Source: a bacterium (GTDB lineage: Bacteria; Cyanobacteriota; Sericytochromatia; S15B-MN24; UBA4093). Taken from it: a stretch of 64,000 nt of DNA. The stretch is taken from positions 103,863 to 167,862 of the forward strand of contig JAYKJE010000010.1 in the NCBI GenBank assembly GCA_035285805.1. The letters are read 5' to 3'. The notes under the pieces are model-generated. The model was given only the letters and a program-made list of their open reading frames with translations, searched no databases and had not been told where the DNA came from. Below, in pieces: positions 47,808-57,949 of this stretch (its first letter is position 1; every line of letters begins with the position of its first letter). The translations under genes were made by a program, and so were the position numbers.

Positions 47808-48456
47808 CGCTTTTCACTCCTCCGCCACCCTGGGCAGGGGGCATCGGGACCTTGTCCGCACCGATGCGCGGTACCAGGACCTCGTCGATGAGCCCGTATT
47901 CCTTGGCCTCGTCAGGGCTCATGAAGAAGTCACGATCGGTGTCCTTCTCGATCTTCTTCAGGCTCTGCTTGCTGTGCAGCGCCATCAGCTCGTTGAGGCG
48001 GCGCTTGAGGCGGAGGATCTCGGCGGCCTGGATCTCGATGTCCGTGGCCTGACCCTGGGCCCCGCCCAGCGGCTGGTGGATCATGATGCGCGCGTTCGGA
48101 AGGGCGATACGCTTGCCCGGAGCTCCCGCATTCAGAAGGAACGCGCCCATCGAGGCGGCCTGGCCGATGCAGATCGTCGAGACATCGGGCTTGATGTACT
48201 GCATCGTGTCATAGATGGCCAGACCCGCCGTGACGACGCCGCCTGGCGAGTTGATATACATGTAGATGTCCTTGGCTGGGTCCTCGGCTTCGAGGAACAG
48301 CAGCTGGGCGATCACGAGACTTGCCACCCCGTCGTCGATGGGGGTGTTCAGGAAGATGATCCGCTCCTTGAGCAGGCGCGAGAAGATGTCGAAGGCGCGC
48401 TCGCCACGACTGGTCTGCTCGACCACCATCGGAACCAGGCCACTGTGCACGAACAT
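47800..48456 (-). CDS. clpP: ClpP protease subunit
   Basis: [30 protein letters not shown]; GGAGG RBS. Confidence 0.98.
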   Translation of the reverse strand: MFVHSGLVPMVVEQTSRGERAFDIFSRLLKERIIFLNTPIDDGVASLVIAQLLFLEAEDPAKDIYMYINSPGGVVTAGLAIYDTMQYIKPDVSTICIGQAASMGAFLLNAGAPGKRIALPNARIMIHQPLGGAQGQATDIEIQAAEILRLKRRLNELMALHSKQSLKKIEKDTDRDFFMSPDEAKEYGLIDEVLVPRIGADKVPMPPAQGGGGVKSDA

Positions 48457-48481
48457 GGGCTTACCTCCAGCCACGAACCGA

Positions 48482-49801
48482 CTACGCCTCGACCAGTTCG
48501 GCCGACTTCTCGACAATCTTCGCCTTCTCGAACAGCCACTCGACGATCTTGCTCGAGAGCACCTCGTCCGCGATCTGGTTCCAGGCGCCATTGCGGATCA
48601 CCTGGTTCCGGAACGATTTGGGGTTGGTGCCGGATTCGGCTGCGAACTCGACGATCGCTTCTTCGATCTCGTCGACCGTGGGCTGGATGTTCTCCGCCCG
48701 GGCGATCGCACCCAGCGTCAGCGAGGTCCGGATCCGCTTCTCGGCTTCCGGCTGGACGCGCGTCCGCCACGAATCGATGTTTTCGCGAGTGAAGATCTGG
48801 TTGGGGTCGATACCCTGCTGCTGGAGCATCCGGGCCTGCTGGGTGATGAGCAGGTCGATTTCCCGACGGATCATCGTCTCGGGGATCTCCATCTCGGCTT
48901 CGCCGAGGATCTTCTCGAGCATCTGCTTGCGAAGTTCGACTTCGCGGGCCTCGCTGCGCTGGGCCGTGAGATCTTCCCGGATACGGGCGGTCAGGGCTTC
49001 GAGCGAATCCGAACCGAGCGACGTGGCGAAGGCATCGTCGAGCGTCGGCGCCTTCCGTTCCTTGACCTCGTGCACCTTGAACGTGAAGGTCACGTCCTTG
49101 CCTGCGAGTTCCTGATTGGGATAGTCCTCGGGGAACTTGAGGTCAAGCGAAGGCTCCTGACCGGCGGTGGTTCCGACGAGCCCTTCCACGAATCCCTCGA
49201 TGAACCGCCCCGTGGCCATCTCGATGGAGTAACCGGTGGCCGTACCGCCTGCGAAGGCCTCGCCCCCGATCTTGCCCTCGAAATCTGCGATCACGACGTC
49301 ACCCATCGCAGCGGCTCGGTCTGCCGTTTCGAGTGATCCGCGCGAGCTGGCAAGACTGTTCAGCTGATTCTGAACGTCTTCATCCGTGACGCTGACTTCG
49401 ACGGCCGTGACTTCGATGTCCGTGTACGTTCCCAGCTTGACCTCGGGGCGGACCTCGACAGTCGCCTTGAAGACAAGGGCCTCGCCTTTTCCGAAGGAGA
49501 CGAGTTCGAAGTTCGGGTCGGCGATCGTCTCGACCTGATGCTCCGTGATGGCCTGGGTGTAGGCCTCCCCGACCAGCTGCTTCTCGATGGCCTGAGCGAG
49601 AATGGCCTCGGAACCCACGTGGCGCTCCACGAGCTTCAGCGGGGCCTTGCCAGGACGGAATCCGTCGATGCGGACCTGCTTGGCGAGGTCGCGCGCAGCA
49701 TGCTCGTACGCACGATTGACGCGATCCGCGTCGACCTCCACGACCAGCTCGACGAGGTTCTTGTCCTTCTTCTCCAGGTTGACTTTCACGTGGGCCTCCA
49801 T
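48482..49801 (-). CDS. tig: Trigger factor
   Basis: GFRPGKAP ribosome-binding motif, FKBP domain (FIEGF, FPEDY); upstream of clpP. Confidence 0.96.
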   Translation of the reverse strand: MEAHVKVNLEKKDKNLVELVVEVDADRVNRAYEHAARDLAKQVRIDGFRPGKAPLKLVERHVGSEAILAQAIEKQLVGEAYTQAITEHQVETIADPNFELVSFGKGEALVFKATVEVRPEVKLGTYTDIEVTAVEVSVTDEDVQNQLNSLASSRGSLETADRAAAMGDVVIADFEGKIGGEAFAGGTATGYSIEMATGRFIEGFVEGLVGTTAGQEPSLDLKFPEDYPNQELAGKDVTFTFKVHEVKERKAPTLDDAFATSLGSDSLEALTARIREDLTAQRSEAREVELRKQMLEKILGEAEMEIPETMIRREIDLLITQQARMLQQQGIDPNQIFTRENIDSWRTRVQPEAEKRIRTSLTLGAIARAENIQPTVDEIEEAIVEFAAESGTNPKSFRNQVIRNGAWNQIADEVLSSKIVEWLFEKAKIVEKSAELVEA

Positions 49802-49839
49802 AGGGCTCCCCTGACGGGAGTGCTTCGATGCATCGATGA

Positions 49840-49848
49840 ATTATAGCA
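49840..49848 (-). promoter_or_regulatory. Extended -10 promoter for tig-clpP-clpX-lon
   Basis: Minus strand TGCTATAAT. Confidence 0.6.
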
Positions 49849-49867
49849 CGGGACGGGGGCTACCCGG

Positions 49868-50602
49868 TCATCCCCTCGGCTGGCGGGCCCGCCGCCTCGC
49901 TTGCGTCACGAGCCAGTCGAAAAGCGCGTCCGAGGTCACGTCTTCCAGCAGTTCAGGGTGCCACTGAACTCCGAGACACGGCCAGTCCGACGCCTCGAAG
50001 GCCTCGATGGTGCCGTCCATCGTCCATCCGACGGCCCGGAGGCCTCCCGCGAGCCGATCAACGGCCTGATGGTGGAACGAGTTGGCGAGCAGGTCACCGG
50101 CCCTGGCCAGGCTGGCCAGGGTCGAGTCTCGTTCGAGCGTGACGCTGTGGGTGGCCACGTGGACGGGTGACTGTTGCTGGTGTTTGAGGCCTTCGGGCAG
50201 GTGCGATGGCAGATCCTGGATCAGATCGCCTCCCCATGCGACGTTCAGCAGTTGCATGCCACGGCAGATACCGAGCACCGGAATGCCCTGATCGCGCACC
50301 GTCACGGCCAGGGGGATCTCCTGGGCGTCTCGTGCCGCATCGATGTCCGTGACCGTGGGATGACGGGGTTGGTCGAAATGGACGGGGTCGACGTCCTCTC
50401 CGCCCGAAAAGAGCATCCCATCGAGACGGGCGAGAATTTCCCCCTCGTCTCCTCCTCCGGGTGCCAGCAGGACGGGGATACCGCCAGCCCGCCGGATCCG
50501 TTCCGCGTACATGCGGTCGAGCAGGAGGATCGGCCGTCCGCGTTTCACGGCCGGAGTTCCGGGATGCTGCTGGATGCTGATGCCGATCAGAGGACGCGCC
50601 AT
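49868..50602 (-). CDS. Gamma-glutamyl-gamma-aminobutyrate hydrolase family (peptidase C26, PuuD-like)
   Basis: SGGEDVDP, LGICRGMQ, NSFHHQA, GVQWHPE. Confidence 0.92.
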   Translation of the reverse strand: MARPLIGISIQQHPGTPAVKRGRPILLLDRMYAERIRRAGGIPVLLAPGGGDEGEILARLDGMLFSGGEDVDPVHFDQPRHPTVTDIDAARDAQEIPLAVTVRDQGIPVLGICRGMQLLNVAWGGDLIQDLPSHLPEGLKHQQQSPVHVATHSVTLERDSTLASLARAGDLLANSFHHQAVDRLAGGLRAVGWTMDGTIEAFEASDWPCLGVQWHPELLEDVTSDALFDWLVTQARRRARQPRG

Positions 50603-50608
50603 GGAAAC

Positions 50609-51406
50609 TCAGTTGCGCTCGGTCGGGCTCAGTTCGCCGGGCATGCCGGCCCGATCGCGCCAGGATCGAACCATGGCGATGGATGCGTGATGCGTCATGT
50701 CGTGATGGATGGGGGTGATCGAGATGAAACCTTCCCGGATGGCGACCACGTCGGTCTCCGGGGATTCCTCGTTTTCGACGACCTCCCCCGCGAGCCAGTA
50801 GTAGGTCCGTCCTCGAGGGTCGAGACGCGGTTCGAACGAGTCGTGATAACGGCGATCGCCCAGACGCGTGATCCGGACGTCCGGTACTGGCCCGGTTTCC
50901 CTCCTCGGCACGTTCACGTTCAGCAGGACCTTGGGAGGCAGGCGATGATCGCCCAGCATGTCCGCCAGATCGAGCGCAAATTCCGCAGCGACCTCGTAGC
51001 CGATGTCCGAGAACGTCGCCAGGCTCAGGGCTGCAGCCGGAATCCCGAGGATGGTGGCCTCGAGAGCGGCCGAGACCGTCCCGGAGTAGATCACGTCGGT
51101 TCCCAGATTCGGGCCCCGGTTGATGCCCGAGAGGACCAGGTCGGGCATGTCCGGTAACAGGGCGCCCACGGCTATCTTGACGCAGTCCGAAGGCGTCCCG
51201 TTGACCGCGTGGGCCGAGGCGACAAGGTCCCCCAGGTCGACCTTTTCGACGCGCAGCGGCTTGTGAAGGGTCAGCGCGTGACCCGTGGCAGAGCGCTCGC
51301 GGTCGGGCGCCACCACGTGGACCTCGTGGCGGGTGGCCAGGGTTCTCGCCAGGGCCTGGATGCCCGGGGCGAGGATGCCGTCGTCATTGGATACCAGGAT
51401 GCGCAT
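50609..51406 (-). CDS. surE: 5'/3'-nucleotidase SurE
   Basis: ILVSNDDG, GTPSDCV, SGINRGPNLG, YSGTV. Confidence 0.97.
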   Translation of the reverse strand: MRILVSNDDGILAPGIQALARTLATRHEVHVVAPDRERSATGHALTLHKPLRVEKVDLGDLVASAHAVNGTPSDCVKIAVGALLPDMPDLVLSGINRGPNLGTDVIYSGTVSAALEATILGIPAAALSLATFSDIGYEVAAEFALDLADMLGDHRLPPKVLLNVNVPRRETGPVPDVRITRLGDRRYHDSFEPRLDPRGRTYYWLAGEVVENEESPETDVVAIREGFISITPIHHDMTHHASIAMVRSWRDRAGMPGELSPTERN

Positions 51407-51512
51407 GCCGCGGTTCCACTTCTGGACGCTCGTCGCGTCTGTGGGATGGGGGATGCCCGTGGCGGGCCGGGGAGCGACCGGGGCGGATCCGGAAATCCGC
51501 CCCGGTCAGGGC

Positions 51513-52601
51513 CTACTTCTTGCCCTTGCCCTTGCGGGTTTCACCGGCCACGACCGCAACCTTCTCGGTCTTGGTCTCGGTCGCCACCGCCGCAGCGGCT
51601 TCGGCGGCCGCTCTATCGGCGGCCGGCTTTCCCTGTTCGATCGGCGTCGTCAGCCCGCGGACGAGCCTGGCCCACGGATAGTGCTCTGCCATCTGGCGTT
51701 CCTCGCGGGCCACCTTGATGACGAAGTCCGACATGGCTCCCACGACCCAGTCGAAGTAGTGAGGGAGGATCGAGTAGTAGTCCATGTCCGGGGCCGGGTT
51801 CATGAAGTCGATGGCATAGGGAACGCCATCGCGGATCGCGAACTCGACCGAGTTCATGTCGTAGCCGAGGGCCTGGTTGATCACCGTGGCATCCCGGACG
51901 ATCTTGGCGCCCAGTTCGGGCGACAGGTGGTTGTGGTCTTCCACGTAGCAGCGGTTCTTCGGATCGTACTTGATCGGCATGATGTTGTCCTTGCCGATGC
52001 ACAGGCAGCGGACATAGTGATCGAAGTCGATGAACTCCTGCAGGACCATCACCAGACGACCGGTCTGGTGATAGTAGTGGAAGAACTCCTCGCGGTTGTT
52101 GACCTTGTAGACGTGCTTCCAGCCTCCACCGTCATAGGGCTTGAGGAAGGCCGGGAACTTGACGTAGTCGAAGATGGCTTCCCAGTCCGTCAGCATCAGG
52201 TTGCGATGCGACTCGGGACGCGTGGTCGGGTTCCGTTCGACCGGCGGCAGGATGGCGGTGCGCGGCGCGGCGACGCCGAGGTTCTCGATCAGCGAGTTGT
52301 CGAAGAACTTGTCGTCTGCCAGCCACCAGAACGGGTCATTGATGACGTAGGTGCCCTGGAGGACGGCATTCTTCAGGAAAGGCTTGTAGATCTCGATCTC
52401 GTGCGAGATGCGATCGACGATGACGTCGTAACGCTTGGGTTCGTTCGACGTGGGAGCATGGACCTTCGCGAACTCGGCAACGACCTCGCCATTGCCTTTC
52501 TCGTTGACGGCCTGGATGAAGGCCTTGGGGAAGGTGTCTTCCCAGCCCACCAGGATGCCGACGCGCTTGGGTTCACCCGGTTTCTTCTTGATCGTGGTCA
52601 T
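51513..52601 (-). CDS. ATP-grasp fold ligase (RimK-like, uncharacterised)
   Basis: DRISHE, VINDPFWWLADDKF, FPAFLKPYDGGGWK, LQEFI, SVEFAIRDG..AIDFMNP. Confidence 0.8.
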   Translation of the reverse strand: MTTIKKKPGEPKRVGILVGWEDTFPKAFIQAVNEKGNGEVVAEFAKVHAPTSNEPKRYDVIVDRISHEIEIYKPFLKNAVLQGTYVINDPFWWLADDKFFDNSLIENLGVAAPRTAILPPVERNPTTRPESHRNLMLTDWEAIFDYVKFPAFLKPYDGGGWKHVYKVNNREEFFHYYHQTGRLVMVLQEFIDFDHYVRCLCIGKDNIMPIKYDPKNRCYVEDHNHLSPELGAKIVRDATVINQALGYDMNSVEFAIRDGVPYAIDFMNPAPDMDYYSILPHYFDWVVGAMSDFVIKVAREERQMAEHYPWARLVRGLTTPIEQGKPAADRAAAEAAAAVATETKTEKVAVVAGETRKGKGKK

Positions 52602-52620
52602 GGTTCCTCAGTCGAAGGGA

Positions 52621-53343
52621 CTAGACGTAGGTCTGGGCCATCTCTTGCCACGTGGGCCAGTCGTGACGGTGATGTCCGTGCTCCCAGACCGAGTAGAGCA
52701 CGGGCACGCCTTTGGCTCGCAGGGCGCGAGCCATCTCGAAGGTACCGTGGCCCAGGCCCGGCACTTCATTGTGCTTGGTGGTGGTCAGGATGATCCGCTG
52801 CTGGCGGATGGCCCTCAGGAGATCGTTTTCGCCCATGTTGGCCATGTAGGCCATGGGGCTGTGGAAATAGCAATTATCGTCCCAGTATCCATCCACGAAT
52901 CCATCGATGCGATACAGCCCGCTGAACGCGAAGATCCGCGAGATGGTTCCGGGATGGCGAAGGCCGAAGTTCATGGCGTGGTAAGCGCCGAAAGAACATC
53001 CGAAGGTCGACAGGAAGTGGTTCGGGTTGAGGTGGTGTACGAGGGGGACCACTTCATCGCGGACGTATCGGTCGTACAGACCGTGGTGGTGCGCCCGGCG
53101 CCCCGGATGGAGATGATAGGCGTACCACGACTGCCGATCGATGGAGTCGAGACAGAACAGCTGGACGGCGCCGCGCTCGATCCAGGGGCGCAGCGCGTGG
53201 ACGATCCCGAAGTCGTAGGCTTCGCGGTTGGAACCGCCCGACGTGGGAAATACCAGGATCGGGGCTCCTGCGTGGCCCCACTGGTCGAAGCCCATCTCGC
53301 GACCGAGAATCGGACTGTGCCAGTGATGATAGTAGTGTTTCAT
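52621..53343 (-). CDS. Esterase family alpha/beta hydrolase
   Basis: GHAGAPILVFPTSGG, nucleophile GCSFGAYHA, HDWPTW. Confidence 0.85.
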   Translation of the reverse strand: MKHYYHHWHSPILGREMGFDQWGHAGAPILVFPTSGGSNREAYDFGIVHALRPWIERGAVQLFCLDSIDRQSWYAYHLHPGRRAHHHGLYDRYVRDEVVPLVHHLNPNHFLSTFGCSFGAYHAMNFGLRHPGTISRIFAFSGLYRIDGFVDGYWDDNCYFHSPMAYMANMGENDLLRAIRQQRIILTTTKHNEVPGLGHGTFEMARALRAKGVPVLYSVWEHGHHRHDWPTWQEMAQTYV

Positions 53344-53345
53344 GG

Positions 53346-54392
53346 TCAGGTCCCCGCCCGCAGGTCGACGAAGCGTCCCTCGAGCATGATGGGCTGGCCG
53401 TCCGCCCAGATGGAGCAGTTGCGTGCCAGCAAGTCGATGTGATTCCGGCAGGTCCAGTCGGCTCCCGTCAGGCAGCCACACGGCTCGCCGAAGGCGATGT
53501 GGAAGCCGGGGATCTTCTCGTCCTGGAGCAGATTCCCGGTGAACTTGGTCACTCCGAGATTGGTTCCGACGGCGATCTCCCCGACCCGGTTCGCATTTTC
53601 CGTCGCGTGGCAGTAGTTCCAGAATTCACGAGCGAGTTCCTCGTGGGGACTGCTCACGCCACGCAGGAGGTTATCTTCGATTTCCACCGTGAGCGGCGTT
53701 GCCACCAGATCCCCGTACTTCTGGGAGAAGTAGTCACCCACGGGGCCGTCCGCCACCCAGATACCGCGGATGCGGTGCGGGGTCGTGAAGATCTCGCCAC
53801 CGGGCAGGTTTCCCCACGCGTCACGCGAGATCAGGCCCGAGGTCTTGATCCAGCGGAACCGCTCGGGATCGTGCTCGATCTCGATGTCCGTCCCGGCCGG
53901 AGTCGAGACGTGGATGCGTCTCGCCCCTTGCAGGATGCGGCGGAGACCGAGGCTCATCCGGTTGATCGCATCGAAGTCCGCCTGCATCCCTGACGTCATG
54001 ATCTCGGGAGTGATCCCGACCATGTGGCCGTAGCGGACCTTGCGCATCGTGGCCAGGTTGATCACCTGGGCCCGAGAGGGCACCTCACCGGGTTGCGGAG
54101 TGACGGTATACAGGGCAGCTGCCGAATCGGCGACGGCCTTGAGGATCTCGTAGGGCATGTCCTGGATCGGTCTCGGGCCGAAGTCTTCCATGATGAAGGC
54201 TTCACCCAGACCGTCCGCTTCCTCGATCGCCTCCAGGAGAGATGCGGCGATCTCGGCCGAGGCATGGTCGGCGATGACGACCACCCGCTCACCCGGCATG
54301 ACCCGGAGGCAGCGATGGATGGCGTTGTGGGCACCTGGACGGAACTCGGGCCGGAACGGGATCCGGGACAGGTCCGTACGCAGTCTAGCCAC
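53346..54392 (-). CDS. M29-family (thermophilic) aminopeptidase-like protein
   Basis: GTDI, NLPGGEIFTTP, GEIAVGTN, LQDEKIPGFHIAFG, HID; GTG start overlaps the upstream stop. Confidence 0.85.
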   Translation of the reverse strand: MARLRTDLSRIPFRPEFRPGAHNAIHRCLRVMPGERVVVIADHASAEIAASLLEAIEEADGLGEAFIMEDFGPRPIQDMPYEILKAVADSAAALYTVTPQPGEVPSRAQVINLATMRKVRYGHMVGITPEIMTSGMQADFDAINRMSLGLRRILQGARRIHVSTPAGTDIEIEHDPERFRWIKTSGLISRDAWGNLPGGEIFTTPHRIRGIWVADGPVGDYFSQKYGDLVATPLTVEIEDNLLRGVSSPHEELAREFWNYCHATENANRVGEIAVGTNLGVTKFTGNLLQDEKIPGFHIAFGEPCGCLTGADWTCRNHIDLLARNCSIWADGQPIMLEGRFVDLRAGT

Positions 54393-55584
54393 TGACCTGC
54401 CCTTTCGCCATCGCGTCGGCCGTCTTCTTGAGGCGTTCGGCCAGGCCAGGTGCCTTGGCCATGATGTCGTCCGCGAGGCCCAGATCGATGCCATCGAGCG
54501 TCAGATCGCAGGTATCGTCCACGACGGCCTTCAGGTCGCCCGTCTCGGCGAAGACTCGCAGCTGGCGGTCCGCATCCGTCCCCCGGTCCAGGAGCGTCTC
54601 GATGTGCTTGAGCCAGGATCGGGAGCCCAGTTCGTCGACGACGTCATCGACGAAGTCGAGGAGTTCCAGGATCAGTTCACGCGTATGCACCTCGGTACCC
54701 TTGCCCAGGTCGAGCATCTTCCCGTCGAGGCCGTAGCGATAGGCGCGCCACTTGTTTTCCTCGATGAGGGCCGTCGGATAGACACGCCAGCTCATGTTCT
54801 GGGTCCGCAACACGGCCAGCTTGGCGACGATGGCCTGGATCAGCGCGGCGAGGGCGATGGACGTGCGGTAGTCCGTGGGCAGGTCGCAACAGCGGAATTC
54901 GATGGTGTCGTACACCGCGTGCGGGCGCAGATCCCACCAGATCTTCTTGCCGTTGTCGATGCAGTTGGTCTGGACCAGCATCTGCACGTAGGCTTCGAAT
55001 TCGGCATACGAGTTGAAGATGCCGGGGATGCCCGTACGCGGAAAGTTCTTGAAGATGCTGGAACGCGTCGACTTGAGCCCCGTGGCACGCCCGAGCCAGA
55101 ATGGCGAGGAGACGGACAGCGCGAGCAGGTGGGGCAGGAAATAGCGGGCCTGGTTGACCAGGTCGATCGCCAGGTTACGATCCTTGACCCCGACGTGGAC
55201 GTGCATGCCGAAGATCAGGTTGCCCCGGGCCACGTCTTGAAGATCGTCCACCAGGACCTTGTACCGGTCCTTGTCGGTGATGTCCTGCGTGCGCCAGTCC
55301 GAGAAGGGGTGGGTGCCACTGGCCATGATGCGGAGGCCGTGACGCTGAGCGAGGCGCGCGATCGCCGCGCGCAGCTGTCTCACGTCACGGGCGGCTTCAT
55401 CGACGGTACGGCAGACGTCCGTCCCCACCTCGACGATGGACTGGTGCATCTCCGGCTTTACCCGTTCACCCAGGATCATGCCACCTTCTTCCAGCATCAC
55501 CTGGATGTGGCTGCGCAGTTCCCGGGTCTCGGGGTCGATGATCTGGTACTCTTCCTCGATCCCGATCGTGAAGGTCTCGAACAC
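54385..55584 (-). CDS. Carboxylate-amine ligase, YbdK/GCS2 family
   Basis: TIGIEEEYQ, GTHPF, FGMHVHVG, SSPFW, WWDLRPH, TIEFR, ENKWRAYRYG. Confidence 0.93.
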   Translation of the reverse strand: MFETFTIGIEEEYQIIDPETRELRSHIQVMLEEGGMILGERVKPEMHQSIVEVGTDVCRTVDEAARDVRQLRAAIARLAQRHGLRIMASGTHPFSDWRTQDITDKDRYKVLVDDLQDVARGNLIFGMHVHVGVKDRNLAIDLVNQARYFLPHLLALSVSSPFWLGRATGLKSTRSSIFKNFPRTGIPGIFNSYAEFEAYVQMLVQTNCIDNGKKIWWDLRPHAVYDTIEFRCCDLPTDYRTSIALAALIQAIVAKLAVLRTQNMSWRVYPTALIEENKWRAYRYGLDGKMLDLGKGTEVHTRELILELLDFVDDVVDELGSRSWLKHIETLLDRGTDADRQLRVFAETGDLKAVVDDTCDLTLDGIDLGLADDIMAKAPGLAERLKKTADAMAKGQVSG

Positions 55585-55587
55585 GAA

Positions 55588-56928
55588 TTACTCCTTGGAC
55601 TGGATCACGAACGTCGGGACGATTCCCCCGCCGGACGTGACGTTACAGAGTGCGGTCCCGGACAGGCGCGTGAGGAAGCCCTCGACCTCGCCTTGCCAGA
55701 TGAACGGATCCAGATCGACGTTGAGCGGATCGTACACGATACCCTCGCGGAGGGTGGGGAACTCGGACGAGGCCACCAGCACTTTTTCCTGGACGACGTA
55801 ATCGTCCTGCTGGGCCTTTTCCACGGCAGCCTTCCACTCGTCGCTCGAGAGCGTCCAGCCGATGAAGATGCCCTTGCCGCCGTAATCGTCGTTGGGCTTC
55901 AGCACCAGGGTCTGCTGGTTTTCGAGCAGGAAGGGAATCAGGTCGATGTCGCGCCCGTGGTGATCGGTCTGGCCGGCCTGGACCCGCCGGGTCCAGGGAA
56001 TGTGGCGCGCGATCGCCTCGCGGGATTCGGGGCTGAACCATGCCTGATTCTTGCCGTCCGTGAGCAGGCCGAAGATCATCTTCTTGTGCAGGTACTTGGA
56101 ACGGAACGAGTTGACGACGCAGACCGCACGCGCCCGATAGGCTTCCACCAGGGCCTGGACCTCGTCCCACTTGCCGATGAATTCGGCCGTCAGAACCCGG
56201 CGATACACGAGGTCAATGGGCGTGCCGTCGCCCGAGAGCAACTTGCCACCCTCGAAGCGCAACCGACGCGGATCCTCGATCAGGGTCGGGATGCCCCGCG
56301 CCTCGAAGAATTCCTTGCACAGTTCGAATTCGTGGCGCGTGCTGAGGCCAGCCCAGTCCACGATGGCCACCTGGGGCGTCCCCTCGCCACCCCAGCGCGA
56401 ATAAACATCCAGGAGGGTGGCGACCAGGCGATCGCGTGTCCGGAAACCCTGGACCTCGAACTCCTCCTCGAAGGCCTTCATGACGGGCAACGACCGGAAT
56501 GTTTCGGCCATCACCTCGGTGTAGGCCGGACCGGCCGGACATTCGGCGTTGAGTTCGACGAACTGGAGGAGATCTCCCGACAGGAAGGAGTCGAAGCGCG
56601 CCATCGTGCTGAATCCGGGATAACCGGGGTCGATGGCTACCAGTTCACGTTCCCGAGGGGTGAGCCCAAGGTCGTCGACCAGGCGAGGTTCGTGCGGGAT
56701 GTGCTCGGCCAGGGCATCCAGGGCGGCCCAGATCTGCTTGCAGGCCGTCCGGACGAGTTCGTGTTGCTCCCGGGACAGGAACTGGGCGCGCAGATATTCG
56801 ACGCTGACCCGGTCACCATACATGACCCGCGCTTCCCGGAGGCGGTCGAGGAATTCCTGGTGCCGGGCTTCATCCCAGCCCGTCTCCGACAGCAGGGTGT
56901 GGTAACGGGAGATGGCCGATTCGATCAA
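55588..56928 (-). CDS. Circularly permuted ATP-grasp ligase
   Basis: RFDSF, VELNAECPAG, IDLVYRR, VLKPNDDYGGKG, VQEK, NVTSGGG; TTG start inferred (ORF track extends to 57021). Confidence 0.8.
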   Translation of the reverse strand: MIESAISRYHTLLSETGWDEARHQEFLDRLREARVMYGDRVSVEYLRAQFLSREQHELVRTACKQIWAALDALAEHIPHEPRLVDDLGLTPRERELVAIDPGYPGFSTMARFDSFLSGDLLQFVELNAECPAGPAYTEVMAETFRSLPVMKAFEEEFEVQGFRTRDRLVATLLDVYSRWGGEGTPQVAIVDWAGLSTRHEFELCKEFFEARGIPTLIEDPRRLRFEGGKLLSGDGTPIDLVYRRVLTAEFIGKWDEVQALVEAYRARAVCVVNSFRSKYLHKKMIFGLLTDGKNQAWFSPESREAIARHIPWTRRVQAGQTDHHGRDIDLIPFLLENQQTLVLKPNDDYGGKGIFIGWTLSSDEWKAAVEKAQQDDYVVQEKVLVASSEFPTLREGIVYDPLNVDLDPFIWQGEVEGFLTRLSGTALCNVTSGGGIVPTFVIQSKE

Positions 56929-56980
56929 GGGCGTTTCCTGTTCTGGTCGGGGTAGACGGACGACGAGAAAACGATCGCCC

Positions 56981-57949
56981 CTATCGAGGGCGTTGCAAGA
57001 ATTGTAAACGCGGGTGGCCAATTTCGCCAGGCGGCAGAGGCGCGAATCCTCTACCCGTGCGGGGCCTGGCGAGTGCCGCCACCGCGGCGCCCGTATCGAG
57101 TCGGAGCCACCTGCCCCCGTGGACGGGGCGTGACGTCGCGAGCAAGATCCGCTTCAGATCCCTGGGACTGAGGTCGGGCCGCAGCGTGCGCATGAGTGCC
57201 AGCGTGCCGGCGACGTGCGGGGATGCAGCGGACGTTCCCCCGAAAGGCCCATGCAACAAGCGTCCGTGCGACCTCCAGGTCGTGACGGCACCCGCCGGCG
57301 CGAGCAGGGACACGTACTCCCAGTTCGGCGACCAGGAGGCAGGTCCACCGTCGCGGGAACTCGCCCCGACGGCGATCAATCCCCCGAATTCGGGCAAGGT
57401 TTCCCACGCGGCGGGGTACGTCTTGGCGTGGCGTGGTCCCGCGGCGCAGACGACCGGGACCCCCATCCGCAGGGCCTCGTAGATGGCATTGGCCAGGGCG
57501 GCCATCGTGTCGTGCGTGAAGCCCGGTTCGCCCACCTCGCAGCCGACGCTGAGGTTCAGGACATGCGCCCCGCGGGCCAGGGCTTCCCGGATACCCCTGG
57601 CTATGCTGGCCGCGACCACATTTCCGGTATGCGGTTCGTTGACCTTGATCGGGAGAATCCGGCACTGGGGAGCGACTCCGCGGAACCGCGGTCGCGATCC
57701 CTCGTGCCCGGCGATGATGCCGGCGACGCTCGTGCCGTGTCCATCGTCATCAATGGAGTCCCGGTGGGGTTCCCGCAGGTTGACTCCCTGAAGGACCTTG
57801 CCGGCGAGATCGGGGTGCCGGGCATCCACACCCGTGTCGAGCACGGCCACGACGACGTCGGGATCGCCCTCCGTATGGCGCCAGGCCCTGGGAGCATCGA
57901 TCTGCTGGAGGGACCACTGCCAGGCACGCCGCGTCATCCGGCCGATCAT
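56981..57949 (-). CDS. S8 serine peptidase, catalytic domain only
   Basis: VAVLDTG, HGTSVAG, GTSAASPHVAG; start overlaps the nnr stop. Confidence 0.82.
   Translation of the reverse strand: MIGRMTRRAWQWSLQQIDAPRAWRHTEGDPDVVVAVLDTGVDARHPDLAGKVLQGVNLREPHRDSIDDDGHGTSVAGIIAGHEGSRPRFRGVAPQCRILPIKVNEPHTGNVVAASIARGIREALARGAHVLNLSVGCEVGEPGFTHDTMAALANAIYEALRMGVPVVCAAGPRHAKTYPAAWETLPEFGGLIAVGASSRDGGPASWSPNWEYVSLLAPAGAVTTWRSHGRLLHGPFGGTSAASPHVAGTLALMRTLRPDLSPRDLKRILLATSRPVHGGRWLRLDTGAAVAALARPRTGRGFAPLPPGEIGHPRLQFLQRPR

Noticed and set aside
54157-56955. 932-aa plus-strand ORF
   Set aside because: Antisense shadow of the GCS2 and ATP-grasp genes
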